Positions 25,144-34,559 of a stretch of 59,826 bases of DNA are shown piece by piece; the stretch's first letter is position 1, and every line of letters begins with the position of its first letter. Location of the stretch: positions 1 to 59,826 of IMG/VR virus record IMGVR_UViG_3300021197_000662. One strand, 5' to 3'. Both the position numbers and the translations under genes were made by a program. The notes beneath the pieces were generated by a model. That model made no database searches. It worked only from the letters and a program-made list of their open reading frames with translations, and had not been told where the DNA came from. The DNA comes from a virus (Duplodnaviria > Caudoviricetes).

Positions 25144-25188
25144 GAACAAAAGGGGAACATTGCCATTTTGGGGGTTATTGTCTATATG
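25144..25188 (+). promoter_or_regulatory. LexA box abutting the putative terS promoter
   Basis: GAAC-AAAAGGG-GAAC (25144-58), then TTGCCA-17 nt-TATATG (25160-88). Confidence 0.65.
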
Positions 25189-25234
25189 TGAGGAATAGAG
25201 CCGATCTGGTGCGATTTAGGGTGTGATGTTATTA

Positions 25235-25250
25235 TTGTACGAGGGTACAA
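25235..25250. promoter_or_regulatory. Palindromic operator upstream of terS
   Basis: TTGTACGAGGGTACAA. Confidence 0.65.
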
Positions 25251-25312
25251 ATCCAAAAAGCCCGACCAAGCGATAGCGCATTTCGGTGGCACATCTATAG
25301 AGGGATAAAGAC

Positions 25313-25792
25313 ATGGGTAAAGACAAAGATAAGACAAACCATTTGAAGTTGGTTGTCAGTGCAGGCGATAAGCTAACCAGTAAACAGGAACACTTTTGTC
25401 AATTGGTTGCCAAGGGTGAAACCCTGACAGATGCATATCGACAAGCCTACGATGTGAGTGCCAAGACAAAGCCAAGCACAGTATGGACAAACGCCTCAAA
25501 GCTGGCCACAGAAAACACTAAGGTGTCACTAAGGATCAAGGCCATTACTGAGGAAATTACAGCGCGAAAGGCGACAGACGATGACCGCCTAAAAATCTGG
25601 ATCACTGATCGGTTAAAGACTGAAGCCATGGAAGCGGAGAGTGATAGCGCGCGCGTGGCAAGCTTGACCCAGCTAGGCAGATCGATTGGCATGTTCAGTG
25701 ACAGGGTTGAGACAGACAACGTGGCCGACAGATCAGCGGGTGAAATCGAAGCCGATATCCAGCGCAGGCTGGCATCGATCCTTGGCGAGTGA
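25313..25792 (+). CDS. terS: Terminase small subunit
   Basis: LTSKQEHFCQLVAKGETLTDAYRQAY...ASKL HTH pattern; upstream of terL. Confidence 0.75.
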   Translation: MGKDKDKTNHLKLVVSAGDKLTSKQEHFCQLVAKGETLTDAYRQAYDVSAKTKPSTVWTNASKLATENTKVSLRIKAITEEITARKATDDDRLKIWITDRLKTEAMEAESDSARVASLTQLGRSIGMFSDRVETDNVADRSAGEIEADIQRRLASILGE

Positions 25793-25897
25793 CCCTCCGC
25801 ATGAAGACTTGCTCCCGGGCTGACCCCCACCTACCCTCATCCCCCCTGTGACAGCATGGCCACTCCACACGCCCGTACATGAGGTTCTGCACGAGTA

Positions 25898-26122
25898 ATG
25901 CCCAATCTTTTCTCAACACCCTGCAATATGGAATGTAAGTTTAATGGCCCTATAAAGCCCACTGACAGCCTTTGCCTGATCTGTGGTATGACGAGTGCCG
26001 AAAGAGACGACTGGCCCCTTCTGACGGCTTCTGAGGCCGATGCCAAGTATGTTGAGATTCAGGCTAGGCTGGAAACGATATGGTTGATCTGGGAACTGAT
26101 GGAGGAACCAACACTTCAATAG
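25898..26122 (+). CDS. DUF1289-like small Cys protein
   Basis: STPCNMEC...LCLICGMTSAERDDW matches the SPC..C...C.GC.RT..E...W pattern. Confidence 0.55.
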   Translation: MPNLFSTPCNMECKFNGPIKPTDSLCLICGMTSAERDDWPLLTASEADAKYVEIQARLETIWLIWELMEEPTLQ

Positions 26123-26139
26123 CCCCCCCCCTTTGTAAT

Positions 26140-26155
26140 TTGTACTAGGGTACAA
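26140..26155. promoter_or_regulatory. Palindromic operator
   Basis: TTGTACTAGGGTACAA. Confidence 0.65.
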
Positions 26156-26375
26156 CAAAATATTACTGCCGGGTATTTTACAGGATAACACCCTAGGAAT
26201 CTTACAGTCTGTATAATGATTATATTTATATATATATATACATATCTAGTTATAACACATAATCTGTTATATACTGCCTGTGAGTCGCTAAGTCTCCCGG
26301 CGGCTCCGGTGGGGTTGAGCGGCCTCCCTCGCTCCCCCACCGTCATTATTTTGGGAGATTGAATGGGAGAGTGCA

Positions 26376-26624
26376 TTGTCTAATAACGTTATCCAGTTTC
26401 CTCGTGGTGTAGGTCTTGACGACAAGACTGATCTTGACCCATATGAGATGTTTGGCGTTCTTCGTGACGAAGTAAAGATGACTGAGGCTATCGTTGTCGG
26501 CTGGACTGACGAGGGTAATCTGTTTATGTCAACGTCACATGGCAAGGCTCCTGATATGGTTTTTCTCTTGGAGCTGGCTAAGTCGGTTCTTTTGAACAGG
26601 TGCGTAAGTGACGAGGATGAGTGA
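26376..26624 (+). CDS. Hypothetical protein
   Basis: SD GGGAG, TTG start, NVIQFP N-terminus. Confidence 0.65.
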   Translation: MSNNVIQFPRGVGLDDKTDLDPYEMFGVLRDEVKMTEAIVVGWTDEGNLFMSTSHGKAPDMVFLLELAKSVLLNRCVSDEDE

Positions 26625-26842
26625 TGGACTTCTATACCTTTTTTGTCTTCTTCTCCGTAATCGTAACACCGGAAGGTGAGCTAAAGACGTTCTCAAAGAA
26701 CGTAACCGAATGTCCGACCCGTGAGATTGTTCTGGAATTACACAAGCCTAGGCTGGATAGGGGTGAGATAATTGACTGGGCCGCAACATGCTTGGAGACA
26801 AAACTCCCTCTGGACACAACCGTCAGGGGCTTGAAGACGTAA
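26621..26842 (+). CDS. Small hypothetical protein with hydrophobic N-terminus
   Basis: Coupled to neighbours; two Cys. Confidence 0.6.
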   Translation: MMDFYTFFVFFSVIVTPEGELKTFSKNVTECPTREIVLELHKPRLDRGEIIDWAATCLETKLPLDTTVRGLKT

Positions 26843-26843
26843 C

Positions 26844-28352
26844 ATGAGCCAGCTGGCAGTTATAAACAAGAAGATAGCTAACCTACCTCCTGATCAAAAA
26901 CAGGAGATACTGGATCTTTTGACTGAGCTTGACGAGGCGAAGAAGAAGGAACAGTCCAAGACAGAGTTTCTTCCGTTTGTTGAGCGTATGTGGCCAAGCT
27001 TTATTAGCGGTAAGCATCACTCAATCATGGCAGATGCCTTTGAAAGGGTTGCCAATGGTGACCTGAAGCGCCTGATTATCAATATGCCACCACGACATAC
27101 CAAGTCCGAGTTTGCATCCTATCTGTTTCCGGCATGGTTTCTTGGCAGATACCCCGAAAAGAAAATCATTCAGACCGCACACACGGCAGAACTGGCTGTA
27201 GGTTTTGGCCGTAAGGTGAGGAACCTTATCAACCAGACTGATTTCCAACAGGTATTCCCCGGCATATCCCTGTCGTCTGACTCAAAAGCTGCCGGAAGAT
27301 GGAACACAAACAAGAGAGGTGACTATTTTGCTATTGGTGTTGGTGGTGCAGTTACTGGTAAAGGTGCTGACGTTCTCATTATTGACGACCCCCACTCGGA
27401 GCAGGAGGCGGCATTGGGGGCTTACAACCCAGAAGTCTACGACAAGGTATACGAATGGTACACATCAGGACCGCGTCAGAGACTACAACCGGGTGGAGCG
27501 ATCATTGTAGTGATGACAAGATGGTCTGTCAGGGACTTAACCGGACAGATTGTTAAAGCAGCTACCCAAAGAACAGGCGCAGATGAGTGGGAAGTCATTG
27601 AGTTGCCCGCTATTATGCCATCTGGTGACCCTTTATGGCCTGAGTTCTGGCCCGCAGATCAGTTAGAGGCACTAAAAGCCGAACTTCCTGTGTCTAAATG
27701 GTCGGCACAGTACCAACAGGACCCAACTTCAGAAGAAGGAGCCTTGATTAAGCGAGAATGGTGGCAGGAATGGGAAAAAGATAGCCCGCCACCGTGCGAA
27801 GCAATCATTCAGAGCTGGGATACTGCGTTCCTCAAAACGCAGCGAGCGGATTATTCCGCTTGTACCACATGGGGTATCTTCAATATGCCGAATGAGGACG
27901 GGGTAACAGTCCCAAACCTTATTCTTTTGGACGCATACAAGGAAAAACTAGAGTTTCCAGAGCTAAAACGTGCTGCTTACGATAAATACTGGGAATTTGA
28001 GCCTGACCAGATGATTGTTGAGGCTAAAGCTGCCGGTTCTCCGCTTATTTTTGAGTTAAGGGCCATGGGAATACCAGTTACGGAGTTTACACCCTCCCGT
28101 GGACAGGATAAGATAGCTAGAGTTAACGCAGTCAGCGATCTTTTTGCCTCTGGTGTGATATGGTGTCCTGCAACTAGGTGGGCTGATGAAGTTATTGAGG
28201 AATGTGCGTCATTCCCTGCGGGGGAGCATGACGATTTGGTGGATTCCACCACTCAAGCATTGCTGAGATTCCGTCAGGGAGGATGGATTAGAAGCTCTAT
28301 GGATGAATGGGACGATGAGCCTTCTTACAGAAGGCCAGTAGAATACTACTAA
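26844..28352 (+). CDS. terL: Terminase large subunit
   Basis: MPPRHTKS Walker A; IIDDP Walker B; QSWDTA and HDDLVDS RNase H-like nuclease motifs. Confidence 0.95.
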   Translation: MSQLAVINKKIANLPPDQKQEILDLLTELDEAKKKEQSKTEFLPFVERMWPSFISGKHHSIMADAFERVANGDLKRLIINMPPRHTKSEFASYLFPAWFLGRYPEKKIIQTAHTAELAVGFGRKVRNLINQTDFQQVFPGISLSSDSKAAGRWNTNKRGDYFAIGVGGAVTGKGADVLIIDDPHSEQEAALGAYNPEVYDKVYEWYTSGPRQRLQPGGAIIVVMTRWSVRDLTGQIVKAATQRTGADEWEVIELPAIMPSGDPLWPEFWPADQLEALKAELPVSKWSAQYQQDPTSEEGALIKREWWQEWEKDSPPPCEAIIQSWDTAFLKTQRADYSACTTWGIFNMPNEDGVTVPNLILLDAYKEKLEFPELKRAAYDKYWEFEPDQMIVEAKAAGSPLIFELRAMGIPVTEFTPSRGQDKIARVNAVSDLFASGVIWCPATRWADEVIEECASFPAGEHDDLVDSTTQALLRFRQGGWIRSSMDEWDDEPSYRRPVEYY

Positions 28353-28406
28353 AAAGACCGTTACTCTGTTATTATGAAAAAATTATACAAACAATAGGAT
28401 TTTGGC

Positions 28407-30845
28407 ATGGCTGTGGAAAAACAAATGATTCCCTCTGATCTCGACATAGAGGATACAGATGAAGTTGAGGTTGAGATTGTTAATCCTGACGCTGTAGGTA
28501 TTACATCTGAAGGGGAGTCAATGGTCATAGATTTCACAGGTGATGTGACTGAGGACATGATCGGACCTGACCATGACAGCAACCTAGCCGAGTATCTTGA
28601 AGAGGGTGAGCTAGAGGGTTTGGCATCCGAGCTTGTTGATGACTTTGTTGCTGACAGACAATCCAGAAAAGACTGGGCGCGATCATACGTCAAGGGTCTT
28701 GACCTATTGGGAATGAAGATTGAAGAAAGAACCCAGCCATGGGCTGGTGCTGCTGGTGTTTTCCACCCAGTTCTTACTGAAGCTGTTGTCCGATTCCAAG
28801 CCCAAGCAATGGGAGAGCTGTTTCCTGCGTCCGGACCTGTCCGTACAAAGATTATGGGAAAAGTGGATCTTGATAAGCAGGAACAGGCGCAGCGTGTAGA
28901 AACGGAAATGAATTATCTTCTTACTGAGGAGATGACAGAGTACCGCGATGAAACAGAGCAGATGCTTTTCCGTCTGCCCCTTGCTGGATCTTCTTTCAAA
29001 AAAGTTTATTACGATCCTATCAATGAACGCCCCGCTGCCATGTTTGTGCCAGCAGAAGATTTTGTAGTTTCCTACGGCGCTGCCGATCTTGCTACATGCC
29101 CACGTTACACGCATGTAATGAAAAAAACAGAAAATGAAATAATAGAGCTTCAGGTGGCTGGCTTTTATCTTGATGTCGATCTTCCGGCTCCAGAGCCTGA
29201 TTATTCTGATATTCAGGAAAAGTATGATGAGATTGATGGTGAGACTGCTGTCCTTGAGGACGATGATCGGCACACCATACTTGAGGTTCATGCTGACCTT
29301 AACCTGCCAGAGCCTTTCGATGATCCGGATGGTTTGGCGCGTCCGTATGTTGTCACCATAGATAAGTCCAGTTTGACAATCTTGTCCATAAGGAGAAACT
29401 GGTATGAAGACGATACTAAGAAGCGTAAAAGACCGCACTTTGTTCACTATAGATACTTACCGGGCCTTGGGTTCTATGGAACGGGTCTTATTCATCTTAT
29501 TGGTGGTCTTGCTAAAAGCGCCACAAGTATTCTTCGACAGCTTATTGACGCTGGCACACTCAGCAACCTCCCCGCTGGCCTTAAAGCTCGCGGGCTTCGT
29601 ATTAAAGGTGACGATTCGCCTCTCATGCCGGGTGAGTTCCGCGATGTGGACGTACCGGGTGGTGCGATTCGGGATTCGATTGCATTCCTTCCTTACAAGG
29701 AGCCATCATCAGTATTATACCAGTTGCTCGGAAACCTCGTGGAAGAGGGGCGAAGGATTGGCTCCGTTGCTGATGTACAAGTTGGAAACCTCAACCCGCA
29801 AGCTCCGGTCGGAACTACACTAGCTCTTATGGAGCGAAGCATGAAGGTCATGTCTGGCGTTCAGGCTCGTCTTCATGCGGCTTTAAAAAACGAACTTCGT
29901 ATTCTTGCAAAAGTAGTTCGTGACTATATGCCGCCAGAATACAATTACGATATGGAAGGCGACTTCAATCGCCAACAGGACTTTGATAAGCGTGTGGATG
30001 TTATTCCTGTATCAGATCCTAATGCTGCCACAATGGCACAGCGTGTCGTCCAGTATCAGGCTGCCATGCAGTTAGCTCAGCAAGCTCCCAATCTTTATAA
30101 TATGGGTAAACTTCATCGTCAGATGCTTGAGGTACTTGGGATTAAAGACGCTGATGAAATTGTTAAGCTTCCAGATGACATAAAGCCGTCAGACCCTGTC
30201 ACAGAAAACATGGCTCTTCTAAAACAGGAGCCTGTTAAGGCGTTTAAGTATCAGGATCACGAAGCGCATATTCAGGTTCACATGGCTGCGGCCCAAGATC
30301 CAAAGCTTATGGAAATCATTGGACAGTCTCCTTTCGCTGGAGCAATACAGGCGTCTCTTGCAGCGCACGTTACAGAGCATGTCGCCTTGCAGTACAGAAA
30401 AGAAATAGAAAAGAATCTTGGTGTAGGATTGCCTGACGAAGAAAAGCCTTTACCAGAAGATGTCGAGATAGAAATATCAAGACTTTCTGCTGAAGCAGCA
30501 GGCAAACTCCTTCGTAAGGATCAGGCTGAGGCAGCGCAAAAACAAGCCCAGCAGCAACAGCAAGATCCTCTTACCCAGATACAGCAACGTGAGCTAAAGC
30601 TGAAAGAGGATGAGTTCCAGCATAAAAAACAACTTGATATTGCTAAGCTTCAAGCCGATATTGAGTCCAAGGCTTCAAACGTTGAGGTTCAAAAAGATCG
30701 TTTGCAGTCAGAAGAAAAGCGTGAGGGCGCTCGCCTTGGCGTTAAGGTGGCAACAGAGACTGACAACGCCCGAAGAGAAGATATTAAGCAGGGCATAGAG
30801 TTAGGTCGTGAAATAGCAAAGGACTTGGTGGAGACTGATGAATGA
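28407..30845 (+). CDS. Portal protein
   Basis: 812 aa directly after terL; HPVLTEAVVRFQAQA and LIDAGTLSNLPAG motifs; Q-rich coiled-coil tail. Confidence 0.88.
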   Translation: MAVEKQMIPSDLDIEDTDEVEVEIVNPDAVGITSEGESMVIDFTGDVTEDMIGPDHDSNLAEYLEEGELEGLASELVDDFVADRQSRKDWARSYVKGLDLLGMKIEERTQPWAGAAGVFHPVLTEAVVRFQAQAMGELFPASGPVRTKIMGKVDLDKQEQAQRVETEMNYLLTEEMTEYRDETEQMLFRLPLAGSSFKKVYYDPINERPAAMFVPAEDFVVSYGAADLATCPRYTHVMKKTENEIIELQVAGFYLDVDLPAPEPDYSDIQEKYDEIDGETAVLEDDDRHTILEVHADLNLPEPFDDPDGLARPYVVTIDKSSLTILSIRRNWYEDDTKKRKRPHFVHYRYLPGLGFYGTGLIHLIGGLAKSATSILRQLIDAGTLSNLPAGLKARGLRIKGDDSPLMPGEFRDVDVPGGAIRDSIAFLPYKEPSSVLYQLLGNLVEEGRRIGSVADVQVGNLNPQAPVGTTLALMERSMKVMSGVQARLHAALKNELRILAKVVRDYMPPEYNYDMEGDFNRQQDFDKRVDVIPVSDPNAATMAQRVVQYQAAMQLAQQAPNLYNMGKLHRQMLEVLGIKDADEIVKLPDDIKPSDPVTENMALLKQEPVKAFKYQDHEAHIQVHMAAAQDPKLMEIIGQSPFAGAIQASLAAHVTEHVALQYRKEIEKNLGVGLPDEEKPLPEDVEIEISRLSAEAAGKLLRKDQAEAAQKQAQQQQQDPLTQIQQRELKLKEDEFQHKKQLDIAKLQADIESKASNVEVQKDRLQSEEKREGARLGVKVATETDNARREDIKQGIELGREIAKDLVETDE

Positions 30846-31020
30846 ACTTGATTTTGTAAAAGACAAGATAAGGAACTATTTGAATGATATCGCTGACCAT
30901 ATGGCCGGTGGCGGATGCGGAAACCACGAGGAGTATGTTCGACTCGTTGGCAAAGTGGAAGCTCTCGCGCTTATTGAAAGGGACATTCTCGATTTGCAAA
31001 AGAAGTACGAAGAATCATAA
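30838..31020 (+). CDS. Small conserved head-module protein
   Basis: 60 aa between portal and groES. Confidence 0.65.
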   Translation: MNELDFVKDKIRNYLNDIADHMAGGGCGNHEEYVRLVGKVEALALIERDILDLQKKYEES

Positions 31021-31125
31021 GGCTTCCGCTTCTGATTCAATTGAGTTATATTGTAAATGTGGAGACTTTCAGGGCGAAAACCCTGCAAGGTACTGTGAAC
31101 CTAAATCACTGCAAAAGGAACAGAA

Positions 31126-31494
31126 ATGTATTCTGCTGAAAAAACGGTTGATGAGTCTATCGCCCGCAAAATGCCAGAACCGACTGGCTACAAACTTTTG
31201 ATTAAGCCGCTTGAGGTTAAAGAAAAAACAGAATCTGGAATTTACATAACTGATACACTGAAGAATGCGGAACAGACCGCTTCAGTTCTTGGTTTTGTAG
31301 TGAAGGTTGGGCTGGACGCTTATAAGGATACTGAGAAGTTTCCTAATGGCCCTTACTGTAAAGAAGGTGACTTTGTGATTTTTCGTTCTTATTCCGGTAC
31401 AAGGTTTAAGATTGAAAAACAGGAGTTCCGTCTTATCAATGATGACACTGTTGAAGCCGTCATCGATGACCCAAGGGGATACGCAAGAGCATGA
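31126..31494 (+). CDS. groES: GroES-like co-chaperonin
   Basis: PTGYKLLIKP...KTESGIYI...GDFV...YSG...LINDD. Confidence 0.9.
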   Translation: MYSAEKTVDESIARKMPEPTGYKLLIKPLEVKEKTESGIYITDTLKNAEQTASVLGFVVKVGLDAYKDTEKFPNGPYCKEGDFVIFRSYSGTRFKIEKQEFRLINDDTVEAVIDDPRGYARA

Positions 31495-32426
31495 ACAATA
31501 CAGCTGAGAAGTTAGAAGATGACTCTATTGAGGTAGAGTTGGAGGACAATTCTGAACTTGAGGTGGACATCGTTGATGACACCCCAGATGAAGATAAGGG
31601 CAAACCTCGCCGCGCCGATGAAGCTGAGGCTATAATCCCAGAGGACGATGAGATCGCTCAATATAGCGGTAGCGTTCAGAAACGGATTAAACAGCTAAAG
31701 TTTGAATACCATGAAGAGAGACGCCGTAAAGAAGAGGCGTCTAGGCTTCAGGACGAGGCGGTTGATTACGCTCGTAAGATTACTGAGGAGAACCAGAAAC
31801 TCCGCAAAACCCTTGAAGAGGGTGAAGGCGTTCTGGTGGAGCAAGCAAAGAGCAGAGTTGAGGCTGAGCTTGAACGTGCTAAGTCTGCTTATAAGGAGGC
31901 CTACGAGACAGGCGATCCTGATAAACTGATTGACGCTCAAGAAAAGCTAAGCTCTCTTCAGAATGAAAAGTTTAGGGTAGAGTCTTATAAGCCCAAGCCT
32001 CAAGTAAAGCAGGAGATGCCTGTAGAGCTTGAGAAAAAGCCAAAAGTTCCAGAGCCAGACGAGAAAACAAAAGCGTGGGCATCACAGAACGAATGGTTTG
32101 GCAGTGACTCTGGAATGACAGGTTATGCCTTTGGTGTGCATGAAACCTTGGTAAAACAAGGAATCAATCCGCAGACACAGGCAGATGAGTATTACCGGCG
32201 TATAGATGAGTCTATGCGTGAACGGTTCCCAGACAAGTTTGATGAGCAGCAAGTTGAGGCTGCACCTGTTCGTCAAGCTGGTTCCGTGGTTGCCCCCGCC
32301 CAGCGGAGTGCAAAAAAACCACGCAGAGTGCAATTAACCTCAACACAAGTCGCTCTCGCCAAGCGCCTTGGCCTTACGGCAGAACAATATGCGGCGCAAC
32401 TCTTGAAGGAGGCATCTAATGTCTAA
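31491..32426 (+). CDS. Scaffolding protein
   Basis: Acidic coiled-coil protein upstream of the capsid genes; basic C-terminal helix. Confidence 0.7.
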   Translation: MNNTAEKLEDDSIEVELEDNSELEVDIVDDTPDEDKGKPRRADEAEAIIPEDDEIAQYSGSVQKRIKQLKFEYHEERRRKEEASRLQDEAVDYARKITEENQKLRKTLEEGEGVLVEQAKSRVEAELERAKSAYKEAYETGDPDKLIDAQEKLSSLQNEKFRVESYKPKPQVKQEMPVELEKKPKVPEPDEKTKAWASQNEWFGSDSGMTGYAFGVHETLVKQGINPQTQADEYYRRIDESMRERFPDKFDEQQVEAAPVRQAGSVVAPAQRSAKKPRRVQLTSTQVALAKRLGLTAEQYAAQLLKEASNV

Positions 32427-32862
32427 CAGAACCCCACGCACAAACGAGACTCGTGAAGTAGAGGCTCGTAAAAAGACTTGGCAAAGACCGGGCATGTTAC
32501 CGACCCCCGAATCACGCAATGGTGTAGAGTACCGCTGGATTCGCACATCAACTTTGGGGAATAGTGACAACACCAATGTATCGGCTAAATTTCGTGAGGG
32601 TTGGACGCCAGTTAAGGCAGAGGACCATCCTGAATTACAAGTGTTGCCTGATATCGATTCTCGATTTCAAGGTAATGTTGAGGTTGGAGGATTGCTACTT
32701 TGCGAGAACTCAACCGAATATGTGGTATCCCGTAGGGACGCGCATGATGACATGAACGTTAATCAGATCCAAGCGGTAGACAATAGCTACCTAAAACAAT
32801 CTGACGCTCGCATGCCAATGATGCAGCCTGAAAGGTCAACCAAAACTTCGTTTGGTAAGTAG
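32419..32862 (+). CDS. Conserved head-module protein
   Basis: YRWIR...REGWTPV...VGGLLLC motifs. Confidence 0.7.
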   Translation: MSNRTPRTNETREVEARKKTWQRPGMLPTPESRNGVEYRWIRTSTLGNSDNTNVSAKFREGWTPVKAEDHPELQVLPDIDSRFQGNVEVGGLLLCENSTEYVVSRRDAHDDMNVNQIQAVDNSYLKQSDARMPMMQPERSTKTSFGK

Positions 32863-32917
32863 TCAATGGTGGGTGCTTACCGTGTTTAACTATTGAGTAG
32901 ATGAGAGGAGAGACAAT

Positions 32918-33520
32918 ATGTCTTCAGTTGCTGCTCCCTTCGGTCTGCGCCCGATTGGTAAATTGGATTCTGGTTCATTGGAAGTTTTCCGCCAGTACCC
33001 AATTTTGTCAGGTTACGCTACCAATATCTGCACTGGCGATGTCGCCATGCTTGTAGATAATGGTACAACGACAACCATTCAGAAGCAGGCCGCTACAGGT
33101 GATGATTCTACCGCCATCGATATGGTCGGTATTTTCATGGGGTGTTCATTCACCGATCCTAACTCAGGCCAAAAAGTGTTTTCACAAAAATGGCCTGCTA
33201 GTACCGTTGCGTCTGACGCAATGGCATTTGTAGTAGACGACCCTAACGCTTTGTTTGCTATCCAAGCAGATGGCGCTCCAACAAACGTTGGTGATGTCTA
33301 TGGCAAGAATACACTTTTCATTCAGACAGCCCCAAATACTACACTTAACATTAGTCGTGTAGCTTTGGACATTTCTGAAATTAGCACTGATGCTCAAAAC
33401 CCAATCAGAATTATTGATTACTTGGGTGGAGATCAGGGTGATGAAAAGGGTACTTCATTCCCGATTCTGGTGTGTAAGTTTAATTACCATCAGCACTCTT
33501 CAACAACTGGCTCAGCATAA
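32918..33520 (+). CDS. Capsid decoration/minor capsid protein
   Basis: APFGLRP N-terminus; beta-rich; precedes major capsid gene. Confidence 0.65.
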   Translation: MSSVAAPFGLRPIGKLDSGSLEVFRQYPILSGYATNICTGDVAMLVDNGTTTTIQKQAATGDDSTAIDMVGIFMGCSFTDPNSGQKVFSQKWPASTVASDAMAFVVDDPNALFAIQADGAPTNVGDVYGKNTLFIQTAPNTTLNISRVALDISEISTDAQNPIRIIDYLGGDQGDEKGTSFPILVCKFNYHQHSSTTGSA

Positions 33521-33532
33521 GGAGTGTAACTG

Positions 33533-34438
33533 ATGGCTATTTCACGCGCACAACTGTTAAAGGAGCTTTTGCCGGGTCTAAATGCATTGTTTGGTATGGA
33601 GTACGCAAAGTACGAAAACGAGCATGCAGAAATCTATGAAACTGAGACTTCAGAGCGTAGCTTTGAGGAAGAGGTCAAACTGTCAGGCTTTGGTGCTGCA
33701 CCAGTCAAGCCTGAAGGTTCCGCGATTTCATATGATTCCGCTCAAGAATCCTTCACCGCCCGTTACAACCACGAAACCGTGGGAATGGGCTTCTCTGTAA
33801 CGGAAGAAGCAATGGAAGATAATTTGTACGATGCGCTCTCAGCTCGTTATACAAAAGCTCTTGCCCGCGCTATGGCTTACACAAAGCAAGTCAAAGCAGC
33901 TTCTCTCCTGAACACAGGCTTCACAACCTTTACATCTGGCGATGGCGTTACTCTGTTTAATGCTAATCACCCGACTGTACAGGGTGGTGTAAACGCCAAC
34001 CGTCCAGCAGTAGCTGCTGACTTGAACGAAACATCTCTTGAGGATGCAGTAATTAACATTGCTGCGTTTGTTGACGAGCGTGGGCTACTTGTAGCCGCCC
34101 GTCCTCAAAAGCTGATTGTTCCACCAGCACTAATGTTTGTTGCAACTCGCTTGCTACAGACTGATCTTCGTGTCGGGACTGCCGATAACGACATCAATGC
34201 ACTGCGTTCAAACGGTTCAATTGCTCAGGGATATCGTGTCAACCACTACTTGCTTGATAACGATGCCTTCTTCCTGACAACTGATGTTCCAAACGGCATG
34301 AAGCATTTTGTCCGTACAGCAATGTCAACATCTATGGATGGTGACTTTGACACAGGCAATGTTCGCTACAAGGCCCGTGAGCGTTACAGCTTCGGTGTTT
34401 CAGATCCACTTGGCGTTTACGGCTCTCCCGGAGCTTAA
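33533..34438 (+). CDS. Major capsid protein
   Basis: MAISRAQLLKELLPGLNALFG...LIVPPAL...YKARERYSFG; strong SD; terminator follows. Confidence 0.9.
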   Translation: MAISRAQLLKELLPGLNALFGMEYAKYENEHAEIYETETSERSFEEEVKLSGFGAAPVKPEGSAISYDSAQESFTARYNHETVGMGFSVTEEAMEDNLYDALSARYTKALARAMAYTKQVKAASLLNTGFTTFTSGDGVTLFNANHPTVQGGVNANRPAVAADLNETSLEDAVINIAAFVDERGLLVAARPQKLIVPPALMFVATRLLQTDLRVGTADNDINALRSNGSIAQGYRVNHYLLDNDAFFLTTDVPNGMKHFVRTAMSTSMDGDFDTGNVRYKARERYSFGVSDPLGVYGSPGA

Positions 34439-34463
34439 TCGTACTAGGGTACAAATATTGATT

Positions 34464-34491
34464 GGGCGGCTTTCGGGTCGCCCTTTCTTTT
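34464..34491 (+). terminator. Rho-independent terminator after the major capsid gene
   Basis: GGGCGGC-TTTCGG-GTCGCCC-TTTCTTTT. Confidence 0.85.
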
Positions 34492-34559
34492 GTTATAATT
34501 AATAAGAACCTTGACAGTCGCATAGGGCGGCTGACATTAGCCGAGACAAGGAGTTCCTC

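Noticed and set aside
11765-26155. Reading GTAC-N4-GTAC as a cyanobacterial-type LexA box
   Set aside because: The spacing is similar, but separate alpha-type boxes and msmA point to an alphaproteobacterial host; kept as an unassigned operator.
28704-29447. 247-aa antisense ORF in the portal gene (and similar antisense ORFs such as 43961-44593)
   Set aside because: Antisense shadows of well-supported genes, with no SD or recognisable motifs.
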